Below the pieces are notes generated by a model, which did not search any database, had not been told where the DNA came from, and saw nothing but the letters and a program-made list of their open reading frames with translations. 58,093 nucleotides of DNA from Nemertoderma westbladi. Lineage: Eukaryota > Animalia > Xenacoelomorpha. The stretch lies in NCBI GenBank assembly GCA_032718475.1, contig JAUCBJ010007347.1:1-58093 (forward strand). Reading direction: 5' to 3'. Numbering within the stretch: the stretch's first letter is position 1; each line of letters starts with the position of its first letter. The position numbers and the translations under genes are program-made. Below are positions 1 through 9,900 of this stretch, piece after piece.

Positions 1-192
1 TTTGAATTTCCCTCTATATATTAGTTTAGTTAGAAGTGGTGATTGTTGAGTTACCTACCGGTAACCAGTGTGCTATTATTATGTATGTACAATGCAGCAA
101 TATTAATGATATAACTTTAGTACTCTAATACAATAGGCCTACGGGCTTCAGATATGATTATTTTATATTATTATATCTAAAGAAATAGAAGA
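1..192 (+). repeat. 5' LTR of element 1 (partial)
   Basis: Matches 5199-5390; homology stops at ...AATAGAAGA, directly before the PBS. Confidence 0.93.
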
Positions 193-204
193 TGGCGCTG
201 CGAG
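193..204 (+). promoter_or_regulatory. Primer-binding site, probably tRNA-Ser type
   Basis: TGGCGCTGCGAG immediately after the LTR, complementary to a tRNA 3' end (...CAGCGCCA). The tRNA identity is inferred. Confidence 0.75.
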
Positions 205-427
205 TATTTCAGTATTTACCGACAATGCTGCACCTGCAATGAACACCGGCAGACCGGTGACCGGTAGTTAAACCTAAATCGTGGTACCGGTGATCAAAAA
301 AAAATAAATAAACAGGCCTACCGCTATACCGGTACCGACTGTCCAGTACAGAGTACTGTGTCGTTGAAAGTAGGCCAATATATATGACCAGCGGAGCTGA
401 AGTATCGAAGTAGATAGGCTAAACAGC

Positions 428-3400
428 TTGATTATGCCTACAGGTACAGGTGCTGAAATTACTTCTGCAAGACGTAGCCGTGGCCAATATCGTTTTGGTG
501 CTCAAAAAGCCATAACGCGAGTAGAAATATTAATGGCTGAAATCCAACAGCCGGATTACCGGTTGTGTGACTTGCTTACTGCAGAGTTAGCAGTTAAAGA
601 GGCTAGAGATTTAATGAATACATATCAGGCAGCCGTTGATAGATGTCTGGACGTTGAAGGTGTCGATGAAGACAACCTACACACAGATAAAGGGTGGGTC
701 GAGTACTGCGACCTAGATGAAATCCTGGATGGATTCTGTAGCTTCATAAGGAAGATTCGAGGGCAGTTTGATGCAAAGCCTCCACCGGGAGTTCTAGCTG
801 TAGCTCCTAGATCGTCAAGGATCGATACTTCATTGAAGCCGCATATAAATTTATCTGTATCAGCTAGTTTGGCTGAATACCGCGTTTGGAGAAAAGGATT
901 TGAGTCCTTTTATAATTCCAACCAGATGTCTGCATTGCCAGCCTCAACTCAGCGTTCACACCTTCGGTCATGTGTTGACCCAGCCATGGATCTTAAGGGT
1001 GAACAACTTCTTAAAGTTCTTGTAGATACACCAATAATGGAAGTTCTCGAATTTTATGAGCAACATTTTATTCGACAGGTGCCAGTATTGAATCGCCGAC
1101 ACAACTTTTGGAGTTGTGAATGGGCAGATGGTGAACTCTTCAGTGACTATATCGTGCGTTTGAAGCAAATTGGCCAAGATTCGGAGCTTGATAGGCTTCC
1201 ATATGAAGATTTACTGGCTACAAAGATTGTTTGTGGAGCTATTAAGCATCCCAGGTTACAAGAAGAACTTTTAAAGATAAAAGAGCCTACATATGATAAG
1301 ATAATGGAAATAGGCTTAGCATGGGAAATTGCTGCTGCGGCCAAAAAGGCTTTGAATAGAGGAAGAAGTAGCGAAGCTACAGTGAATAAAGCCTCTACAT
1401 CTAGTTATAAACGCAATAAAAATGCTAGACAACAAAGCTCAAATCGGGGGCGTTCTCAGTCCAGAGATCGTAATAATGAATCAACCGACAAATGTAGTTA
1501 TTGCGGTAATGAAAAACATGGTGTTGGTAAATATTGCCCAGCATATGGGAAATTTTGTAATAAATGCAAACGTAAGAATCATTTCAGTAAGGTTTGCTAT
1601 TATAGAAAATCTCAGAAATCTATATCTGGGAACAGCAATGCAGAACCGATTCAAAATAATATAATACGCATTTGTGTAACCATGTCACACCATGGTCGAT
1701 CTACACCTACTGCACGAGTACGTGTGGATCCTGAAGATGGGTCTCCAGGCCAGGCATTTAATGTTGATATTTTACCTGATTCTGGGGCATCTCACTGTCT
1801 GATATCTGCCGATCTAGTTGAGAAATTTAAATTTGAGTGTGAGACTGATGATATACGGCGAATAGTTGCTGCAGGTGGCCATGAGCTTCAATGTAGCGGA
1901 TCTACGCAACTAGTTGTTACCTGGTATGATCGTGTAACAACTGTTACAGCATATATAACTCCTGATTTACAGGATGAGTTGATAATTTCTTGGCATACCT
2001 TAATTGACCTTGATATTATTAATAAGTCATTCCCATTGAGTGAACGAATCATAAAGAAATATGATCTTGGTGTTAAACAAATAGTGATTAATAATACTAT
2101 TTCAGAAAAACATGTACATTTCACAGATGTCAATCATCAACCAACCTCAACTGAAATAAATGAGTTCATTCAGAAATTAAATATAGAATTTCAAGATGTT
2201 TTCGATAGTGAAACTGAATTAAAGCCCATGACAGGGGCCCCTATGCGAATTCATCTGAAGGATGATGTTGAAATCAATCCAACTCATGTCACTACAGCAA
2301 GGGCAATTCCATTTGCCTACAGAGAAAAAGCTAGACTTGAGGTTGACGACATGGTGAGGAAATGTATTATCGAGCCAGTCGATGGTCCATCTGAATGGGT
2401 ATCACCTTTTCACATAGTGGGGAAACCTAATGGCAAAGTTCGTTTAGTTGTGGATTATACTGGGCTGAACCGCTATGTAAAGCGACCTATCCACCCTTTT
2501 CCCACACCGTCAGAGATCATGACAACAATCCCACCTGGATCAAAATGGTTCGCATCCCTTGATGCTGTCAAGGGATATTGGCAGGTTGCTCTTGAAAAAG
2601 AGAGTAGGGCATTAACAACGTTCCTAACCCCATGGGGTCGATTTCGATATCTTCGTGCTCCAATGGGTTTAGCTTCAAGTGGCGACGAGTATTGTGAGCG
2701 CGGAGACAAAGCTCTAGAAGGACTTCATGGATATAAGAAGATTGTTGATGATATTCTTGTTCATGCTGCTGATTGGGACACCATTAAGACCAGAGTTAGA
2801 AATATACTGACAAGATGTAGATCTCATGGAATAACGATATCGTTAGAGAAGTTTCAGATTGCCTTAGAAGTTAATTTTGTAGGTCATGTAGTAAGTGGCA
2901 ATGGAGTTAAACCAGACCCTAGGAAGGTTGAAGCTATTCGAGAGTTTCCCATTCCTGTTAATATTACTGATTTGAGAAGCCTTTTTGGCTTAGTTAATCA
3001 GTTGGCGCAGTATACACCTCATGTATCTCAACTAATGACACCTCTACGACCATTACTCTCGCAAAAAAATCATTTTGCGTGGTTGGAGGAACATCAGTTG
3101 GCCTTTGAGGAGCTCAAACAAGCATTAACATCAGCGCCGATTTTGCGCCACTTTGATAATACACTTCCTACAGTGCTTCTAGCTGATGCATCGCGAGTGG
3201 GAGGTTTGGGATTTGCTTTGGTTCAGCATGACCATGATGGTGCTATTCACCTCATTCAGTGCGGTAGCAGATTCTTAAGTGATGCTGAAACACGCTACGC
3301 AGTCTGCGAACTGGAATTGTTAGCTATCCAGTGGGCAGTACAAAGATGTCGATTGTACCTTGCTGGAACTGAATTTAATGTGGTGACAGACCATAAACCT

Positions 3401-4939
3401 TTACTTGGTATTGTAAATGGTAAATCATTAGATGCCATAGATAACCCTCGTCTTCAGCGGATTTTACAGAAATTGGCTGGTTATGTTTTCAAACTCGAGT
3501 GGACACAAGGTAAAAAGCATTTGATTGCTGATGCTTTGAGTCGAAATCCAATAGAGGACCCTTCTCCAGAAGATCAGGAAGATGTGGCTGTTAGTGAAAT
3601 ATGTTTCATTAATAAAGTAATGAGTTCTGAGGAAACAAATGACATACAAGACAAAGATAATAAAAATGATATAGCTCTGGAGAAGATTATATTAGTAGCT
3701 AATAGTGATGCTACATATTTAGCTATAAAAGAAGCCCTTTTGTCAAATAAGATTGTTAAGAATTTGCCGATAAGTCATCCTGCTCGGCCTTATTCTAACC
3801 AGTGGGCTAAATTAAGTGTTGATGTGAACTCCGGTTTAATTCTTCTAGACGCATCCCGGATCATTATTCCTACTGGTTGTAGGAAGGAAATATTGAATGC
3901 ATTACATTATGCTCATCAAGGCCAATTAAAAACTTATTCCCGAGCTAGGCAGCTATATTATTGGCCTGGGTTATCCAATGATATAGCACAGGTGACTTTG
4001 CAGTGTGAACAGTGTCAACAGTTACAGGCAAGTCAGAAATCTGAGACTCGTAAACAGACATTTGTAAATCGACCTTTTGAAGATGTCTCCATGGATCTCT
4101 TTGAATATGGATCCAGGCACTTCATCGTTTTGGCTGATCGGTATTCTGGTTGGCCTGTAGTTGGTTTACCATCTCTCTCCAAGGCACCAGATACTGGAGA
4201 TATTATTAAAGTTATAGATCAGTGGTTCCGAGATTATGGAATTCCCGAAAAAATGCGAACGGATGGTGGACCACAATTCCGTTCTGAATTTGGAAAGTAT
4301 TGTATAGACAATGGAATAGACCATCAGACATCGTCAGCCTATTACCCGGAGTCTAATGGGCATGCAGAGTCTGCCGTTAAAAGTATGAAACACCTTATAA
4401 AAAAACACTGGGACAACAGTACTGGGCGATTAAACCAGAGAGCGTTTGGAGTGGCACTGTTGGAATGGAGAAACACGCCACGTTCCGATGATGGGCTTTC
4501 ACCAGCACAATGGCTTTTTGGGCGTAGCCAACGAACCCGGGCACCGGCCCACTCTTCAACATATTCTACCATTAAACCAAATGAATTGAAGAAAGCTGAA
4601 GAAAAACGAAAAACTGTTGCTAACTATCGCCGAGATCTTCTTGGTGGTCATGATTTGAAACCTTTAGCTATCGGAGAAACAGTACGTATTCAAGTTTCTG
4701 GACGTTGGGATCGACTTGGAGTAATTAAGAAGAAACGTAACACTGATCGTTCTTATATAGTTCTCAGCGAGGGACACGAATACCTTCGCAATAGGAAATT
4801 TCTGAAACCTTTCTATCATTTTACCGAATACGATGATAAAAATAACTCGGATGAGAACAATAGTAACTTTACTGAGACACCACCATTGCGCCGAAGTACG
4901 CGTGAACGTTCTGCTCCTGACAGATATGGTTCTGTTTAA
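428..4939 (+). CDS. Gag-Pol polyprotein (zinc knuckles, protease, RT, RNase H, integrase)
   Basis: 1503-aa ORF with CSYC..H..CPAYGKFCNKC...NH....C Mag-type knuckles, protease LPDSGA, RT LDAVKGYWQ/APMGL/IVDD, RNase H ADAS..ELE..TDHKPL..ADALSR, and integrase HHCC plus D..D..E. The true start may be the ATG at 434 or 534. Confidence 0.95.
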   Translation: MIMPTGTGAEITSARRSRGQYRFGAQKAITRVEILMAEIQQPDYRLCDLLTAELAVKEARDLMNTYQAAVDRCLDVEGVDEDNLHTDKGWVEYCDLDEILDGFCSFIRKIRGQFDAKPPPGVLAVAPRSSRIDTSLKPHINLSVSASLAEYRVWRKGFESFYNSNQMSALPASTQRSHLRSCVDPAMDLKGEQLLKVLVDTPIMEVLEFYEQHFIRQVPVLNRRHNFWSCEWADGELFSDYIVRLKQIGQDSELDRLPYEDLLATKIVCGAIKHPRLQEELLKIKEPTYDKIMEIGLAWEIAAAAKKALNRGRSSEATVNKASTSSYKRNKNARQQSSNRGRSQSRDRNNESTDKCSYCGNEKHGVGKYCPAYGKFCNKCKRKNHFSKVCYYRKSQKSISGNSNAEPIQNNIIRICVTMSHHGRSTPTARVRVDPEDGSPGQAFNVDILPDSGASHCLISADLVEKFKFECETDDIRRIVAAGGHELQCSGSTQLVVTWYDRVTTVTAYITPDLQDELIISWHTLIDLDIINKSFPLSERIIKKYDLGVKQIVINNTISEKHVHFTDVNHQPTSTEINEFIQKLNIEFQDVFDSETELKPMTGAPMRIHLKDDVEINPTHVTTARAIPFAYREKARLEVDDMVRKCIIEPVDGPSEWVSPFHIVGKPNGKVRLVVDYTGLNRYVKRPIHPFPTPSEIMTTIPPGSKWFASLDAVKGYWQVALEKESRALTTFLTPWGRFRYLRAPMGLASSGDEYCERGDKALEGLHGYKKIVDDILVHAADWDTIKTRVRNILTRCRSHGITISLEKFQIALEVNFVGHVVSGNGVKPDPRKVEAIREFPIPVNITDLRSLFGLVNQLAQYTPHVSQLMTPLRPLLSQKNHFAWLEEHQLAFEELKQALTSAPILRHFDNTLPTVLLADASRVGGLGFALVQHDHDGAIHLIQCGSRFLSDAETRYAVCELELLAIQWAVQRCRLYLAGTEFNVVTDHKPLLGIVNGKSLDAIDNPRLQRILQKLAGYVFKLEWTQGKKHLIADALSRNPIEDPSPEDQEDVAVSEICFINKVMSSEETNDIQDKDNKNDIALEKIILVANSDATYLAIKEALLSNKIVKNLPISHPARPYSNQWAKLSVDVNSGLILLDASRIIIPTGCRKEILNALHYAHQGQLKTYSRARQLYYWPGLSNDIAQVTLQCEQCQQLQASQKSETRKQTFVNRPFEDVSMDLFEYGSRHFIVLADRYSGWPVVGLPSLSKAPDTGDIIKVIDQWFRDYGIPEKMRTDGGPQFRSEFGKYCIDNGIDHQTSSAYYPESNGHAESAVKSMKHLIKKHWDNSTGRLNQRAFGVALLEWRNTPRSDDGLSPAQWLFGRSQRTRAPAHSSTYSTIKPNELKKAEEKRKTVANYRRDLLGGHDLKPLAIGETVRIQVSGRWDRLGVIKKKRNTDRSYIVLSEGHEYLRNRKFLKPFYHFTEYDDKNNSDENNSNFTETPPLRRSTRERSAPDRYGSV

Positions 4940-5164
4940 TTTAAAAGTTTCAGTTTGAAAGTTTTATATCTGTTTAATGTAGAAAGTTTCAGTTTGAAAG
5001 TTTTATATCTGTTTAATGTAGAAAGTTTCAGTTTGAAAGTTTTATATCTGTTTAATGTAGAAAGTTTCAGTTTGAAAGTTTTATATCTGTTTAATGTAGA
5101 AAGTTTCAGTTTGAAAGTTTTATATCTGTTTAATGTAGAAAGTTTCAGTTTGAAAGTTTTATAT
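4931..5164 (+). repeat. 39-bp tandem repeat x6 in the 3' UTR of element 1
   Basis: Unit TCTGTTTAATGTAGAAAGTTTCAGTTTGAAAGTTTTATA, head to tail, no spacers. Confidence 0.95.
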
Positions 5165-5177
5165 AAAACTCTTTAGC

Positions 5178-5189
5178 GGGGAAGGGAGA
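5178..5189 (+). promoter_or_regulatory. Polypurine tract of element 1
   Basis: GGGGAAGGGAGA directly before the TG start of the 3' LTR. Confidence 0.85.
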
Positions 5190-5390
5190 TGTACTGTATT
5201 TGAATTTCCCTCTATATATTAGTTTAGTTAGAAGTGGTGATTGTTGAGTTACCTACCGGTAACCAGTGTGCTATTATTATGTATGTACAATGCAGCAATA
5301 TTAATGATATAACTTTAGTACTCTAATACAATAGGCCTACGGGCTTCAGATATGATTATTTTATATTATTATATCTAAAGAAATAGAAGA
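5190..5390 (+). repeat. 3' LTR of element 1 (201 bp, TG...GA)
   Basis: Starts TGTACTG after the PPT and matches 1-192. Confidence 0.93.
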
Positions 5391-6350
5391 ATGTCCTTTC
5401 ACTTGTAGCAAAAATACTTTAGCAACATAATCACAAATTACACAGCCCATCTTAAACGGTAGTTTCTGTGCAGAATCATCATCAATATTTAAACCCTTTT
5501 CAATCAAATCGTTTGATTCTGCAACAAATTCTCTCATAAATTCGTTTAAATCATCTGGTTTTGTTGTGCCACAATACATTGCAATCAGTACAGGAAGCGA
5601 TTTTCTTTTCTTATATATAAATTGGCCAACAATTGGCCAAGCTTGATGTTTTGAACTATTGTACAGTGGAAGTCCATCTACATTAAATGAAAGCACCAGT
5701 GGGGTGAGTGGAGTTTTGTCCGCATTACTGATAGTTTGCAAAAACTCAATTGCATATGCACGTATTCCAAAGTATAAAAATTCACCGTCCCTGCCAAGAG
5801 GCCTCACATCTAGATTTCTTGGTGTTTTCAAAATAGTCCTTGAGTCTTTTGGCAGACTAACATTTGGAATTAATTTGTTGAGGTTTTTCAGCAAGTCACT
5901 GAGTGCTACATGGGTAATGTTATGTAATACTGCCCAAGTGCACAAAAACGCTCTTAATTTAGTTACCCAATCTGCATCATATATGACGAATTCAGCATCG
6001 TCTTCATCTGATGATGACTCTATCTCTTCATCGCTTACATCTCTTAGCCCATCATCATCACCTAAATAGGCATGATCTGAGCTGCAATCATCTTCATACC
6101 CTCTGTGATCTTCCAATACCTGGTCTTGGTCCTCCCTTTCACATTCAACCACAATGTTGTCGTCACGTATATCTTTGTGAGTCCCAGAGTTGTTATCTAA
6201 CCTTCTAGAACCAAATACATTATCCTCAGATAAATCATATTTCGTGCAAAAACCCATCACCACATCATCAATCGTGTAGCTAATATTTTTAAGATCATTT
6301 TTAACTTCCTCTTGCACATGGCGCCGTAAAGTTCGCTTTGAACAACTCAT
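5391..6350 (-). pseudogene. CACTA/EnSpm-like transposase, N-terminal part, interrupted by element 1
   Basis: Motifs LPKDSRTILKTP, YFGI, SFNVDGLPL..SSK..WPI, YCG..KP..L..F, ICD...K......KGH. After KGH the frame runs into the LTR and stops. Confidence 0.75.
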
Positions 6351-6692
6351 GATATTGTAGTTATAGTAATCGCTTTATTATTCAACCTCCTAATAAATTA
6401 ATTGTTTAAATATTTGTATCTCAAAATTTCAATTTAGTAGATTGATAATTAATTGATGTTTGAGTTCTCTATAGATTGATACTGTAGCAAATATAAAATG
6501 ATATTGGTAAAAAAGTAGTAATCATAAATGCTTTACCCCCCCCCCCCCCCCCCCCCCATGTAAAGAATACTAGGTTTTAACTAAAAATTCAGGTTACGGA
6601 AGGGCTGAATACAGGAATATAACCAAAACAATAAACTAATTAGTATCTGTACACTGTACAGGTTATACTGTTATAAGCACTACAGGAATCAA

Positions 6693-6880
6693 TGTGGTAT
6701 ATATATAATGTACCACCTACCTGTAGTACAGTATGGTACCGGTACTGGTCTTCTGTGACAGAGATATACATACATTTTGAGATATACAATATATCTGGTT
6801 GGCGATCAGCCTGTTGATATAGGCCTACTTTTATATATTATACCGGTACTGTACTACGGTACCCGGCCCGGCATACTACA
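6693..6880 (+). repeat. 5' LTR of element 2
   Basis: TGTGGTAT...TACTACA, repeated at 11532-11719. Confidence 0.95.
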
Positions 6881-6881
6881 T

Positions 6882-6893
6882 TGGCGCAGTGTG
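6882..6893 (+). promoter_or_regulatory. Primer-binding site of element 2
   Basis: TGGCGCAGTGTG, 1 nt after the LTR. Confidence 0.75.
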
Positions 6894-6950
6894 TACCTAT
6901 CTACGTGTATAGGTATTGGTTTTTTTTCTTAATAATATTATATTAATGTT

Positions 6951-9900
6951 ATGGCGAAATATCCGGCACCGACTCCACTGGACGTGGGAGCGCAAGACAT
7001 GGCAATGGAATTTGGCGACTGGCGACAGTATTTTGAATACTGGGCTGACGCTACTGAACTTCGGGCGGAGGATATTCCAGAATCTAAAAAGGTTGGGGCG
7101 CTAATGACTTGTATTGGGAAAGCACCACAGCGGATTGCTAAACAAAACTTTGAATATACAGCAGAGCGCCCGAAAACTCTGGACAACGTATTAACAGATT
7201 TTGAAGAATATTTCGCTCCCGAACGAAGTCTGTTGGTTATGCGGTTCCGTTTTGGAAAACGTAAACAAGCTCAAGGAGAAACAATTGCAGATTATTTTAC
7301 TGCACTACGGCAGTTGGCTGGCTTATGTGATCTGGAGTCTGAAACTCCAGAAACGCGTTTAAGGGACACATTTATTGCGGGTATTCGAGATGACGAACTT
7401 CGCAAGCAACTCCTTCAGCAACCTTCGAATGCGGCCGTGCAGCATATTAAGAAATTGGCTGGTGTTTTCGAAGCAGCAGTGGCAGGTCATGAAGAACTAG
7501 GTTCTTCAGACACAGGCGGTGTAGCTTCTACAGCTCAGGATGTTATGGCGGTACAACAAACCCATCTCCAACGTCGAGTAAATTCTGACCGAGCTAATTC
7601 TAATTCATTGACAAATCAGCAGCAACAGATGGGTCGACTAATGATAAGCAACTGTCGATTCTGCTGCAGATCTCACAAAAAGGGAGCCTGCCCATCGTAT
7701 GGCTCGTATTGCAGAATTTGCGGTGAACTTCATCATTACCCAGGATCGCCTTTGTGCAAGAAATCTTCCAACGACCGCTCGTTCCGTAGTGGGTTGTCCC
7801 AGCAGTTCTCTCGAGGCCGTGGCTCATCTAGTGGATTCCATGGTAGACAATCGGGTAGAAACAATGTTAACTTTAACCAAGATGTAGCTAAAATCTCTCT
7901 GGGAGATGCAGGATTGTCGGATAATGACGAGTACTCGGAATTTCAAAGTGAAATACTTCCAGAATATGAGGATGAAGATGTTTATAGTTCCCTTTACTGT
8001 ATTAGTTCAGTGAACTGTAGTCCCCTAAACGAAAACTGCATTCATTCGTGTAGTGGCACTGGAGCTGGGGTTAATGAATGGTTCGTAGAAATAAAGGTTT
8101 CTGGACCAAACTCTAGTCTTAATATTAATTTCCTGGTTGATACAGGTTCGCCATTCACTATTATCCCAAGCCAGCTCGTTTCTGCTCAACTAGTACAACC
8201 ATGTAAACCTAATGGAAAAATTTTATGTGCTTTCATGAGTAAGTTGCCACTTCCATTGTTGGGTTCAGCCACCCTGGAACTAGAGTATCAGGGACGGCGT
8301 GTTACACTGTCAGTGTATGTTGTAAAAGGCGCACCTCTGCCATTATTAGGGCGGGATGCTTTGGGTAGCAATGCATTAATGCTAGTTAGAAAATTATTTT
8401 CTCCCTCCCCCACTGTGATCCCATCGAGAGTAAGCTGTTCCGACCTCGTTACTGGGGTCAACGTCTCCGAGGACGCGACTACTGCCAGAAATAGAGTTTC
8501 CCTTCTTCCAGCAATGAGTGTGCCAGAGGCCCACATAACGGTTCGACCTGGCGCAACACCCACACAACAAGCCCCACGCCGCATTCCATTCGGTTTACAA
8601 GATGAGGTGAAGGATGAAATTTCCCGTCTTATAAAAGAAGGTGTTGTTGTCCCAGTGGATAACAATGAGTCGCCAAGTGAGTGGGTTAGCCCCGTTGTGA
8701 TTAGCCGCAGGAAGAATGGTAAAATTAGATTGTGTCTAGATTTAAGAGTTTTAAATAAGAATTTAGTAAGACAGAGAGTCCTCATACCTACCCCTGAGGA
8801 ACTCTTTGCTCAAATAGAAGGGAGTTGTTATTTCTCTAAGCTGGATGCTAAGAGCGGGTTTCACCAGATTAAACTAGACGAGGAGTCTAGTAAACTCACA
8901 ACCTTCGTGTTACCCTTTGGGACATTCAGGTATGTTCGGCTCCCTTTTGGGATCTCGCCTGCCCCTGAACTTTATCATAAAAAAATGTCTCAATCAGTTA
9001 GTCAATTTAAGAATGTAATTGTTCTTGAAGACGATATTCTAATTCATACAAGCACCCTTGCCGAACATGATTTTCTAGTGAAGGAAGTTACAGACTTATG
9101 CCGGAAACTTCACATTTCTCTACAACCTAGCAAATGTGAATTTCGTAAGACTGAAATAACCTACTTAGGCCACCGACTTTCTGGCACTGGTATTGAACCT
9201 GATCCAGAGAAAGTTTCAGCCATAAAGGATATGTCCACACCATCTTCTGTGGCAGATTGCCGTCGTCTTCTAGGTATGGCTACCTACTTGGGAAAATTTA
9301 TTCCCAACTTCAGCGACTTGACATTACCAATTCGTGAGTTATTGAAATCCCGAAACATGTTTCATTGGTCACCTGCATGTGATTCGGCATTTACGAAACT
9401 GAAAGAACTACTTACAACTGCCCCTGTATTAAAGTACTATAATGTCAAGCACGCTACTTTCCTCCAATGTGATGCCTCTCCCGTCGGATTAGGTGCTGCA
9501 TTGTTACAGAAAGACTCTGGTGGTACAGTTCGACCTGTTGCTTATGCAAGTCGCACCCTGACTTCAGCTGAGAAAAATTATTCCCAGATAGAAAAGGAAA
9601 CTTTGGCTATAGCTTTCGGGGCAACCAAATTTCGACAGTATCTTATTGGTGTTGACTTCATTGTCCTTTCGGATCATAAGCCACTGCGATTTATTTTCCT
9701 CAAACCAATTGACCAGTGTCCAGCAAGAATTATCAGGTTTCTTATTCTCCTCCAGCCATTCTCATTTAAAGTAGAGTTCATTCCCGGGAAAAATAATCTA
9801 ATTGCCGATACACTTTCGAGGGCTCCTATAAAGCCAGTAGATGAGAACAGAAATGAGTCTGAGAACTTTGATTCTTTTGTCAATATAATACTGGATTCCC

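Larger units (their letters stand above)
1..5390 (+). mobile_element. Ty3/Gypsy (Mag-like) LTR retrotransposon 1; first 9 bp of the 5' LTR lie outside the window
   Basis: Direct repeats 1-192 and 5199-5390 appear identical. PBS TGGCGCTGCGAG at 193, PPT at 5178-5189, and a single intact gag-pol ORF. Confidence 0.95.

Noticed and set aside
4931-5176. CRISPR-like array, or the 73-aa repeat ORF 4955-5176
   Set aside because: Head-to-tail 39-bp units with no spacers, in a eukaryotic retrotransposon UTR. The ORF is a by-product of a unit length divisible by three.
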